From assembly GCA_963675215.1 (NCBI GenBank), contig OY775914.1:1243779-1307778 (forward strand): DNA of 64,000 nt. Reading direction: 5' to 3'. A program made the position numbers and the translations under genes. Positions 1-8,596 of the stretch are shown here, in pieces (position 1 is the first letter of the stretch; every line of letters starts with the position of its first letter). The notes below the pieces were generated by a model that searched no databases, was not told the origin of the DNA, and was given only the letters and a program-made list of their open reading frames with translations. The DNA comes from Bacteroidales bacterium (GTDB taxonomy: Bacteria > Bacteroidota > Bacteroidia > Bacteroidales > GCA-2711565).

Positions 1-1871
1 CAGGATGAAATTCCATAGGCCGCGGGCAATGTTCCGATTACAATAGCCACGAATCCAACTGAGAGTGCATATGGTAATTGTGTCCTAACATGGTCGATGT
101 GATTACAACTACTTGCCAGAGAGCTTAAAATGGTAGTGTCTGAAATTGGCGAACAATGATCTCCTAAAACAGAACCTGCTAAAACTGCTGAAACAACATT
201 GTGAAATATAGCTAAACTCACATCGTAAGTTAATCCAAACTCATTCGAAATGAGCCATGAAGCAGGTAATAATAAGGGATATAAAATAGCCATGGTTCCC
301 CATGAAGAACCGGTTGAGAAAGAAACCAATGCTGCTAAAATGAATGTTAAGGTTGGAATTAAATAGGGTGAAATTGACATCGCCAGCATACTTTGAGATA
401 TAAAGTCTGCAGTATGCAAATGCTCAGTAACCATTGCAATTGACCAGGCTAAAGTTAAAATGACCACTGCAGTTAACATGGTTCTAAAACCATTTACCAA
501 ACTATCTACGGTGTCTTTTAAACTGAGTAATTTTTGACCCAGAGTTAGTGCGAAAGCAACCAATACACTTCCAAGTGAAGACCATAGCAATGCTTTGTAA
601 GAGTCAGCATTTCCAATAATAGTGGATAATTTTTTTGAAAAACCAAGCGCAGTGTCATTCCAAACCATATCATCCCAACCGGTATATACCAATCCGGTAA
701 AAGTTCCGAAAATAATAACCATTACCGGAATCACTGCATTAAACCATCTTGGTTTAATTTTGTCGGAAATTTCAAGATCGTTTAATTTATTAGAAAACCC
801 ATCATCATCTTTCAATTGAATTACACCCATTGATCTTGCTTTTCTTTCTGCCTTTAGCATGGGGCCATAATCCACTCTTCTGTAAACCAGAATCAAAATG
901 AAGATTAAAGTAAAAATGGGATAAAAAGAATAAGCCAATGAATTCAGAAAAACATTGTAAGCACTTTCTTCAAGATTAAGCGTATCAATCCCGTTTTGAA
1001 TATAACTTATTTCAGCCCCAATCCATGTTGTGATAAACGCTATTGATGCGACAGGAGCTGCCGTTGAATCAACTATATAAGCAAGTTTTTCTCTTGAAAC
1101 CCGCAGCCTGTCAGTTACAGGACGCATGGTATTTCCAACCACCAAGGTGTTGGCATAGTCGTCAAAGAAAATAGCGATGCCCATCACCCAGGTAACTAAT
1201 TGACCTGATCTGGGACTATTTGCATACTTTGATAAAATGTTTACCACACCTTTCATCCCGCCATTTTTCGTAATAATGTTTACCATTCCCCCAATAAGTA
1301 GTGAAAAGATAATTATAGATAGGTGCCCTTGGTCGCTAAGGGTTTCTAACAAATAATGGTCAATAAATGAAAATAAGCCCTGAAAAAAGGCAATAAACAA
1401 ATTACTTCCCTGATAATAAAAAATAATGGTGGTTCCGAATAAAATTCCGATGAATAAGGCTGAAAAAACTTCTTTGATGATTAGGGCCATTAGTATGGCA
1501 ATTAATGGTGGAAGTATTGACATCCACAATGGGATGGGAGAAGTTGTCTTTGAATAATTAAATCCTCCAATTTGAATGTGAGTAGTTTCTTTCTTAATAA
1601 TTTTGTAAGGGATATGGATTACTCCATCTTTTAGCCTGGCTTTTACGGGGTTCCCATTTATCAATATTTCAGGAATACCGTTATTTTTAATCAACTCCTT
1701 AACTTCTGAATTTGGGACTAACTCAATATCCAGGTTTACGCGCTGAACAATGATTGATGGAAAACTTACCTTAAAGTCACTATCTTTAAATTGATAGTTG
1801 CTTGTTAATTGCGAAAACGAAAGTTTTACGAATAAAACCAATAAGGCGAAGAGAAAGAGTTTTTTAAGCAC
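1..1871 (-). CDS. Na+/H+ antiporter NhaC-family membrane protein, 3'-truncated by the window edge
   Basis: Not in the ORF track; translated by hand. GTG at 1871 reads VLKKLFLFALLVLF and is in frame with codons near position 1. It contains FFDDYANTLVVGNTMRPVTDRLRVSREKLAYIVDSTAAP and DHCSPISDTTILSSLAS, both typical NhaC-family motifs. Confidence 0.88.
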   Translation of the reverse strand, partial: MLKKLFLFALLVLFVKLSFSQLTSNYQFKDSDFKVSFPSIIVQRVNLDIELVPNSEVKELIKNNGIPEILINGNPVKARLKDGVIHIPYKIIKKETTHIQIGGFNYSKTTSPIPLWMSILPPLIAILMALIIKEVFSALFIGILFGTTIIFYYQGSNLFIAFFQGLFSFIDHYLLETLSDQGHLSIIIFSLLIGGMVNIITKNGGMKGVVNILSKYANSPRSGQLVTWVMGIAIFFDDYANTLVVGNTMRPVTDRLRVSREKLAYIVDSTAAPVASIAFITTWIGAEISYIQNGIDTLNLEESAYNVFLNSLAYSFYPIFTLIFILILVYRRVDYGPMLKAERKARSMGVIQLKDDDGFSNKLNDLEISDKIKPRWFNAVIPVMVIIFGTFTGLVYTGWDDMVWNDTALGFSKKLSTIIGNADSYKALLWSSLGSVLVAFALTLGQKLLSLKDTVDSLVNGFRTMLTAVVILTLAWSIAMVTEHLHTADFISQSMLAMSISPYLIPTLTFILAALVSFSTGSSWGTMAILYPLLLPASWLISNEFGLTYDVSLAIFHNVVSAVLAGSVLGDHCSPISDTTILSSLASSCNHIDHVRTQLPYALSVGFVAIVIGTLPAAYGISS

Positions 1872-2083
1872 AGGTCTAATTTTTTTGTGTAAAAATAGGG
1901 AATTCTGCGAAAGCACAAAATGAATTAGATGAAGACTTAGAAGTTTTGGATATATCGAAGTGAAATTTTAGTTATTGGATTTATAAAAAGTAATACAATG
2001 GAAGTAAATCGTAATACAATTGTTAATTAAATTCGAATAAATTAAATTTTCAAATTGGCAAATTATCTCATTATCAAATTAAC

Positions 2084-2578
2084 TTATTGTCCATCGTATT
2101 TCTGAATATCTTCACTAAAATAATCCAGCTTAATACCCACTTCTTTAAACATTTCTTCAGATTCGGCAGCGGAGTGGTAACGTTTTTCACATACCACGCG
2201 TTCAATACCACAGTTGATGATGAGCATGGCACAGGTTCGGCATGGCGTCATGCGACAATAAAGCGTTGAACCATCCAATGCAATTCCAAGTTTGGCGGCC
2301 TGGCAAATGGCGTTTTGTTCGGCATGTACAGTGCGCACACAATGCTGAGTTACCGACCCATCTTCATGATTTACTTTCTTGAAAAGATGACCTACATCAT
2401 CACAATGTGGTAACCCTTTGGGAGATCCTACATATCCGGTTACCAGCATTTGCCGGTTCTTAACAATCACACATCCACTTCTTCCACGATCGCAGGTTGC
2501 ACGTTTTGAAACTGCATCGGCCATCTCAATAAAATACTCATCCCAACTCGGTCGCTTATTTTTACTTGTATCTTTCAT
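2084..2578 (-). CDS. dCMP deaminase (ComEB/deoxycytidylate deaminase family)
   Basis: Zinc-binding motifs HAEQNAI and PCRTC; N-terminal RATCDRGRSG. Confidence 0.9.
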   Translation of the reverse strand: MKDTSKNKRPSWDEYFIEMADAVSKRATCDRGRSGCVIVKNRQMLVTGYVGSPKGLPHCDDVGHLFKKVNHEDGSVTQHCVRTVHAEQNAICQAAKLGIALDGSTLYCRMTPCRTCAMLIINCGIERVVCEKRYHSAAESEEMFKEVGIKLDYFSEDIQKYDGQ

Positions 2579-2589
2579 TTTATGTCAAA

Positions 2590-3144
2590 TTATAAAATAT
2601 GTATCATAATTTTTTCAAGTTGATCCGTGAGTTCATCAATACTCCCATTGTTTTTTAAAACATAATCAGCCAACTCAATGCAACGTTTTAAATTTTGTTT
2701 ATTCGGATCGGTTGATTCAAATTCTCGTTCTTCATTTTGTAAAAAAATTTCCTTGCTAACGTTATCGGTAGATGATTTTCTAAGTTTAATCCGATCATAT
2801 CGGATATTTGGATCAGCATCAACAGCTAAGAAATAAAAATTATCTTTTTTTCTTAAGGAGATGATCTCTCCTTCGGTTCGGATACTCTCGATGATACAAT
2901 TATTCCCTTTTTCAATGGCTTGATTATACAATTGATCAACTACAAACGAAGGAGAATTTGCTGCCCTAAGTTCATTGGCAATATGGGTCATGCTGTCCCT
3001 ATTCACCGTTAAATTTCTTTTTTTGATTTCTTCAATCAAAAATCCACGTACAGAATAATGAGTGAACCCCTTTTCCTCAACCAAATAATCTACGATGGTT
3101 CCTTTTCCTGCGCCTAAAGTTCCGGTAATTCCGATGATAATCAT
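2590..3144 (-). CDS. P-loop nucleoside/nucleotide kinase-like protein (dephospho-CoA kinase/NMP kinase-like)
   Basis: Walker A GITGTLGAGKGT at the N-terminus; IIESIR and YDRIKLR motifs; ends 11 bp before the deaminase start. Confidence 0.8.
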   Translation of the reverse strand: MIIIGITGTLGAGKGTIVDYLVEEKGFTHYSVRGFLIEEIKKRNLTVNRDSMTHIANELRAANSPSFVVDQLYNQAIEKGNNCIIESIRTEGEIISLRKKDNFYFLAVDADPNIRYDRIKLRKSSTDNVSKEIFLQNEEREFESTDPNKQNLKRCIELADYVLKNNGSIDELTDQLEKIMIHIL

Positions 3145-3346
3145 TTGGTAAATTTAGTGAAAAGAAGTTTGAAGAAAGTAAGTGGATTGGATTTTATTTT
3201 AACGATTGGAGGTGGTTAATTGATGGATGTTCAATGGATATACGATAGTTATACCTTGTAATACATGGTAATTAGATTGTTGAGGATTGTTTTTAACAAT
3301 GAAACAATCGAACAATGAAGCACATGAACTAATATAAGCTTACATA

Positions 3347-4177
3347 TTATTCGTGAAAAAGCACCGAAACATAGTTTACTACTTCATCCGAAGGTCGGAC
3401 CTCTCCCGAGTGACCTCTCTTTAGTAAGGTAACTTTTGGAGCATCAGAAATCATTTTAGAATATTCAATCAAACTCATGATAGGCCCAAAACCACAAACC
3501 GAAATGTTTTTTGAATTCACCTGTTGTTCAACTCCCACCGAATTTAATTTATAAATTTCTTTTAATACAACGTTGTCGAGTTCTTGTCCGAGTTGAGGTG
3601 ATATGAAATGTGAAAAATCTGAAGAAGCTATAAAAAAGATTTTTTTCTCACTTTCTTTTGCAACATTGAAAATTTCCTGCGCAACTGTTTTTGCATTTTT
3701 AAAGTTTTGAACGGATAATGTGATAGGCACGATTTTGAATTCGTTGTCCATTATATATTTCAAAAAGGGAAGCATCACTTCGGCCGAATGTTCATGCTGA
3801 TGAGCCATGCTTGATTTTGGGAAAATTATTTGATTTATAAAATCAAGATCAAGATCTACCTTACCTAAAGGCGTTTCCCAGGCGTGATTTTCATCGGTGG
3901 CAATGGGTGGGCCAAACCCGGTATGATTAGGATTGACAATGATAATGATTTCTGGTTTTTGTTTAAGTGATTTTAAAATCTCAAAAACATGGATGGCCTG
4001 ATATCCTGAATACATAAAACCTGCATGAGGTACAATGGCACCAATAAGTTTCTCATTAGCCAATTCATAATTTATTTTTATTCGTTCGGATAACAATATG
4101 CTTTCATATAGTTTTTTAACATCCTTTTTATGAGAAGGATAAAATCGACCTGAATGAGCAGCTTTTCTTGTTTTCAT
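3347..4177 (-). CDS. amrB: AmmeMemoRadiSam system protein B (MEMO1 family)
   Basis: GRFYP, VPHAGFMYSG, PNHTG, HEHSAEV, SSDFSH and VCGFGP motifs. Confidence 0.9.
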   Translation of the reverse strand: MKTRKAAHSGRFYPSHKKDVKKLYESILLSERIKINYELANEKLIGAIVPHAGFMYSGYQAIHVFEILKSLKQKPEIIIIVNPNHTGFGPPIATDENHAWETPLGKVDLDLDFINQIIFPKSSMAHQHEHSAEVMLPFLKYIMDNEFKIVPITLSVQNFKNAKTVAQEIFNVAKESEKKIFFIASSDFSHFISPQLGQELDNVVLKEIYKLNSVGVEQQVNSKNISVCGFGPIMSLIEYSKMISDAPKVTLLKRGHSGEVRPSDEVVNYVSVLFHE

Positions 4178-5187
4178 CGGAGCAAATTTTTAAGTATGTG
4201 ATGACCACATGATACGCAGTTTCCTGATTTGTCAAGTTTCTCAACTTTGGTGTTGTAAGCAGATCTCGATATTAAAAGCTCATTACAGTTTGGGCAAAAG
4301 GTATTTTGAGCTTGTAATGTTTTAACATTTCCCAAATATACATAATGAAGTTTTTGGGCTGCGATTTCATAAAGTGATTCTAACTTCGATTCAAGTGTTG
4401 GAATATTTTTAATCTTGAACATGGGGAAATATCTTGAAATATGAAGTACGGTATCTTCCCCGCATTCTTTAACTATCCAATCAACCATGTCCTCAAACTT
4501 AGCACCATCATCATTTAATCCGGTAATGACCAGATTAGTAAGTTCAAGATGCTTGCCCGATTTCTTAATTTGCTTTATCGCGTTGAGCACAGGAGCTAAA
4601 GAGGAAGAAGTAAGATTTTTATAAAAATGTTCGGTAAAAGACTTAAGGTCGATACTAAATGCATCAATGGTTTCGAGTAAAATTTTGAGCGGTTCAGGGT
4701 TTATAAACCCATTACTGACCAGCACATTTTTTAATCCTTTTTGTTTCGCTAGACGTGAGGTTTCAAGAACAAATTCATACCAGATAATGGGCTCGTTATA
4801 GGTGTATGCAATTCCTATATTTTTTGGATCTTCTATAGCTTTATGAACTAATTCCTCTGAAGTATAACTTTTCAAGAAAGCATAATCGTTGACGGTAGCT
4901 TGAGAGATTTCATAGTTCTGGCAAAACTTACATTTTAAATTACATCCAACACTGCCAATCGACAATATTTTCTGAGCAGGATAAAAATGATAGAGTGGTT
5001 TTTTTTCAATGGGATCAAGTGAGATGGCACTAATTTTTTCATAGTTCTCTGAAAATAAAACTCCACCAATGTTTTTACGAACTAAACAAATTCCCGACTT
5101 ACCATCATCAATTTGACAATGGTGGGGGCAGAGATTACATTTTACTTTTTTCTGCCCCAACTGATCGAAAAAAACTGCTTTTTTCAT
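4174..5187 (-). CDS. amrS: AmmeMemoRadiSam system radical SAM enzyme
   Basis: CNLCPHHC...GIC, DPIEKKPLYHF, CNLKCKFCQN (CxxxCxxC) and YTYNEP; overlaps amrB by 4 bp. Confidence 0.92.
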   Translation of the reverse strand: MKKAVFFDQLGQKKVKCNLCPHHCQIDDGKSGICLVRKNIGGVLFSENYEKISAISLDPIEKKPLYHFYPAQKILSIGSVGCNLKCKFCQNYEISQATVNDYAFLKSYTSEELVHKAIEDPKNIGIAYTYNEPIIWYEFVLETSRLAKQKGLKNVLVSNGFINPEPLKILLETIDAFSIDLKSFTEHFYKNLTSSSLAPVLNAIKQIKKSGKHLELTNLVITGLNDDGAKFEDMVDWIVKECGEDTVLHISRYFPMFKIKNIPTLESKLESLYEIAAQKLHYVYLGNVKTLQAQNTFCPNCNELLISRSAYNTKVEKLDKSGNCVSCGHHILKNLLR

Positions 5188-5307
5188 TTTTAAGATTCTA
5201 GATGTTAGACGCTAGAAATTAGATTTTTTTGTAAAAATAAAAACTGATATTCACACTTCATCTAAAAAATTTATCATTAATTATTAGCCACTATTCATTA
5301 GTCATTT

Positions 5308-5898
5308 CTATGCGCTTTCATCTTTTATGTCTCTAATCCAATGTGTCATTTTTACCGGTTCAAAACCTTGCATCTGTTTCATTAAGTCTTCAATATTATC
5401 GCTGATTTTTAAATTATCGAGATGCTCCTGGCGCACAAATCCATCAGCAACAGCTCTTTTTAAAAAACTGAATAAATGATCAAAATACCCATCAATATTT
5501 AAAATGCCTATGGGTTTATCTTGTACCCGTAACTGAGTCATTGTAATCATCTCAAACAATTCGTCAAGTGTGCCCATCCCACCCGGGAAAGCAATGAAAG
5601 CATCAGATATTTTAGCCAATAAAATTTTGCGATCCTGCATGCTGTCAACAACATGAAGTTTCGGCAAATTTGTATGACCAACCTCAATATCAATTAAAAA
5701 TTTTGGAATAACTCCCACAACCTTTCCACCGTTTTCAAGCATGGTATCAGCAAGTACACTCATGATTCCAACATTTGATCCACCGTAGGTAAGTTCAATG
5801 TCATTGGCACAAAAATAGAGGGCCATTTTTTTGGCTTCTTTCTTAAAAATATCCTGATTCCCCATCGACGAACCACAAAACACACTTACGCTTTTCAT
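5308..5898 (-). CDS. LOG family (TIGR00730-type) nucleotide phosphoribohydrolase
   Basis: VSVFCGSS, YGGSNVGIM and PGGMGTLDE motifs. Confidence 0.9.
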   Translation of the reverse strand: MKSVSVFCGSSMGNQDIFKKEAKKMALYFCANDIELTYGGSNVGIMSVLADTMLENGGKVVGVIPKFLIDIEVGHTNLPKLHVVDSMQDRKILLAKISDAFIAFPGGMGTLDELFEMITMTQLRVQDKPIGILNIDGYFDHLFSFLKRAVADGFVRQEHLDNLKISDNIEDLMKQMQGFEPVKMTHWIRDIKDESA

Positions 5899-5943
5899 TT
5901 AGTAATTTTCTTATTTTTGTTTGTTGAACTCAAAGTTAATAAA

Positions 5944-6930
5944 ATGCCCATGAAATCATTATATCCGCTAAAGTTTAATTCCATATTCAAAGATAAGATC
6001 TGGGGTGGCCAAAGAATAAAAACAGTGATGGGAATGGATTTTTCTCCCCTTCAAAATTGTGGCGAAGCTTGGGTATTATCGGGAGTTGAAGATGAACAAA
6101 GCGTTGTTTCGAATGGATTTTTAGCCGAAAATGAGCTCAATGAGTTGGTTGAAATTTATATGGGTGATTTGGTTGGTGAGAAAAATTTTGAGGAGTTTGG
6201 AAATCAGTTTCCCATCCTTGTAAAAATAATTGACACCAATGATTGGCTGTCGATACAGGTTCATCCCGATGATAAATTGGCCGAAAAAAGAGGATTGCCC
6301 AGAGGTAAAACGGAGATGTGGTATTTGTTGGATGCCGAAAAAGACGCCGAAATTATCCTGGGTTTTAATCAGCAGATAAATAAAGATAAATACCAAAGCT
6401 TAATCGAAACCAAAAATCTAAAATCGGTTTTAAATGCTGAAAAAGTAAAAGCCGGAGATGTGTTTTATGTTCCTGCCGGAAGAGTACATGCTTTGGGCCC
6501 GGGAATGCTTTTGGCCGAGATTCAGCAAACATCGGATACAACTTATCGTATCTATGATTGGGATCGGATTGATGTGGATGGCACCATGCGTGAACTTCAT
6601 ATTGAAGAAGCACTTGATGCCATTGATTTTAAAGTTGAAAAAGATTATAAAACCAAGTATGAAGTAGAGAAAAACAAAACTTCTGAACTTGTAAAAACAA
6701 GGTTTTTTACAACCAATCTTATCGATTTAGATGTGCCGCTTAAAAAAGATTATGTTGCGCTTGATTCCTTCGTAATCTATTTGTGTGTTGAAGGCGCATA
6801 CGCTTTATTATTTGGTGATGAAAAACTGACGACCCAAAGAGGAGAGACCATTTTGATTCCGGCCACCATGAACGAGGTGCAAATTATTCCGGCACCCAAT
6901 GCCAAGATTTTGGAGGTTTATATTGCTTAA
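5944..6930 (+). CDS. manA: Mannose-6-phosphate isomerase, class I
   Basis: KIWGG, LSIQVHPDD, GKTEMWY, GRVHA and EIQQTSDTTYR; ATG at 5944 (or 5950) preferred over the track start. Confidence 0.9.
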   Translation: MPMKSLYPLKFNSIFKDKIWGGQRIKTVMGMDFSPLQNCGEAWVLSGVEDEQSVVSNGFLAENELNELVEIYMGDLVGEKNFEEFGNQFPILVKIIDTNDWLSIQVHPDDKLAEKRGLPRGKTEMWYLLDAEKDAEIILGFNQQINKDKYQSLIETKNLKSVLNAEKVKAGDVFYVPAGRVHALGPGMLLAEIQQTSDTTYRIYDWDRIDVDGTMRELHIEEALDAIDFKVEKDYKTKYEVEKNKTSELVKTRFFTTNLIDLDVPLKKDYVALDSFVIYLCVEGAYALLFGDEKLTTQRGETILIPATMNEVQIIPAPNAKILEVYIA

Positions 6931-8159
6931 CTCAATTTAATCCCTAAATATTTTTTAGAAATACGGCGGGTAGGTATCCAAGCCGCAAGAATTCCAATGG
7001 TGCTTACGGTAAAGAAAATATAAATAAAATCAGGCCATTGCATAATAACCGGGTATGCATTAACAATAAATGAGCCGTTCGCATCACCCAAACCTACCAA
7101 CTCAAATTGCATTTGTAACACACAAATGAGGGTTCCTAAAATTAAACCGCTAATGGCACCAATCATCGAAATTAAACTTCCTTCCAGCATAAAAATTCTT
7201 CTGATTAACCGATTGTCAGCACCCATGCTTTGCAATACGGCAATGTCTTTTTTCTTGTCAAGGATAAGCATGCTGAGTGAACCGATGACATTAAAGGTGG
7301 CGATTAAAAGAATAAAAGTCAGAATCATAAAAATGGCCCATTTTTCCGACTTCATTATTTTATAAAGCAATTCCTGTTGTTCGAATCGATTTTTAACTTT
7401 GAATGAATCTCCAAGCAAGGCTTTAATTTCTGATTGAATTCTGTCTGAATTTACATCTTTACTTAATCCAATTTCAACATAAGTAATATCATCATCGTAT
7501 TCTAAAATTTCTTTAACAAAGGGAAATGGGGCAAGGATGTATTTCGAATCAAAACTTTGTTCAACCATAAATACTCCGGAAACCAAAATATTTTGACGGT
7601 TAAAATCTTTTTCAGGATTGATGTTAAAACCTGATGTTTTTTTCGGGGCCAATATACTAATGACCTGCTCTTGTAACTTCATTCTGAAATCCAGATAATA
7701 GGCAACTCCGGATCCGATAACAGCGTGATTAAATCCATCTGGATTGAGCTTGTATTCTCCATCAACGATGCAGGAATCTAGTCCCGTCATATTCGCATAA
7801 TCTTCACTAACTCCTTTGATATGACCAAAATATTGTTTCTCCCCGTTCTGAATTAAAACATTTTCTTCTATCACTTCCATAAAAAAAGCGACACCCTCAA
7901 TCGCTTTAATTTTTGCAGTTGGAAATTGGGAACTTTGAATGGTTTTTCCTTCTGCCGGAGTGATAACCAAATCGGGGTTAAAATTATTAAAAAGAGAAAT
8001 CACCAATCCTTCAAATCCATTAAACACAGATAAAACAATGATCAAAGCCATGGTGCCAATGGTAATTCCTGCAACAGAAATCCCTGAAATAATATTGATG
8101 ATATTGTGAGATTTCTTTGAGACTAAATAACGTTTAGCGATATAAAACGAAAAGTTCAA
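6927..8159 (-). CDS. LolC/LolE-like (FtsX/MacB family) ABC permease
   Basis: YIAKRYL..KKSHN start, IIVLSVFNGF and KKKDIAVLQSMGA; four-TM layout; follows rbfA. Confidence 0.85.
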   Translation of the reverse strand: MNFSFYIAKRYLVSKKSHNIINIISGISVAGITIGTMALIIVLSVFNGFEGLVISLFNNFNPDLVITPAEGKTIQSSQFPTAKIKAIEGVAFFMEVIEENVLIQNGEKQYFGHIKGVSEDYANMTGLDSCIVDGEYKLNPDGFNHAVIGSGVAYYLDFRMKLQEQVISILAPKKTSGFNINPEKDFNRQNILVSGVFMVEQSFDSKYILAPFPFVKEILEYDDDITYVEIGLSKDVNSDRIQSEIKALLGDSFKVKNRFEQQELLYKIMKSEKWAIFMILTFILLIATFNVIGSLSMLILDKKKDIAVLQSMGADNRLIRRIFMLEGSLISMIGAISGLILGTLICVLQMQFELVGLGDANGSFIVNAYPVIMQWPDFIYIFFTVSTIGILAAWIPTRRISKKYLGIKLS

Positions 8160-8165
8160 CGACTA

Positions 8166-8507
8166 TTAGTTTTTAAGTAAATTTTCTATGTTCTCGATAT
8201 AATCGAGTGAATCGTCAATATGAAATTGTAAATCGGGCACAACCCTTAATTGGTTCTTAATTCGACTGGCTAATTTGTGTCTGGTTTTCTTGGTATTCTC
8301 TTTTATTCGCTCTAATATCAGAGCAGTATCGGCACCGGGTGCAAAAATGCTCACAAAAGTTTTGGCAAATGCCAAATCTGGGGTAACTGAAACTTTAGTC
8401 ACCGTTATCATTGCTCCTGAATAAAGACTTTTACTGTCAAGTTGTAAAATTTGACTCAAGTCCTTCTGAAGTAATTTTGAAATTTTTTCCTGTCTTTTTG
8501 ATTCCAT
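8166..8507 (-). CDS. rbfA: Ribosome-binding factor A
   Basis: MESKRQEKI, ITVTKVSVTPDL and LRVVPDLQFHIDDSLDY. Confidence 0.95.
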   Translation of the reverse strand: MESKRQEKISKLLQKDLSQILQLDSKSLYSGAMITVTKVSVTPDLAFAKTFVSIFAPGADTALILERIKENTKKTRHKLASRIKNQLRVVPDLQFHIDDSLDYIENIENLLKN

Positions 8508-8574
8508 AATGTAAAAGTACTACAATTCAGTAAAAATACACAAAGTACTGATTAATGCGAGTTGGCATTTTATT

Positions 8575-8582
8575 TATATTTG
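8575..8582 (+). promoter_or_regulatory. Bacteroidota -7 promoter box (TATATTTG)
   Basis: Matches TAnnTTTG and lies 14 bp before ATG 8597, which supports that start. Confidence 0.6.
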
Positions 8583-8596
8583 CACACAAGCAATTT

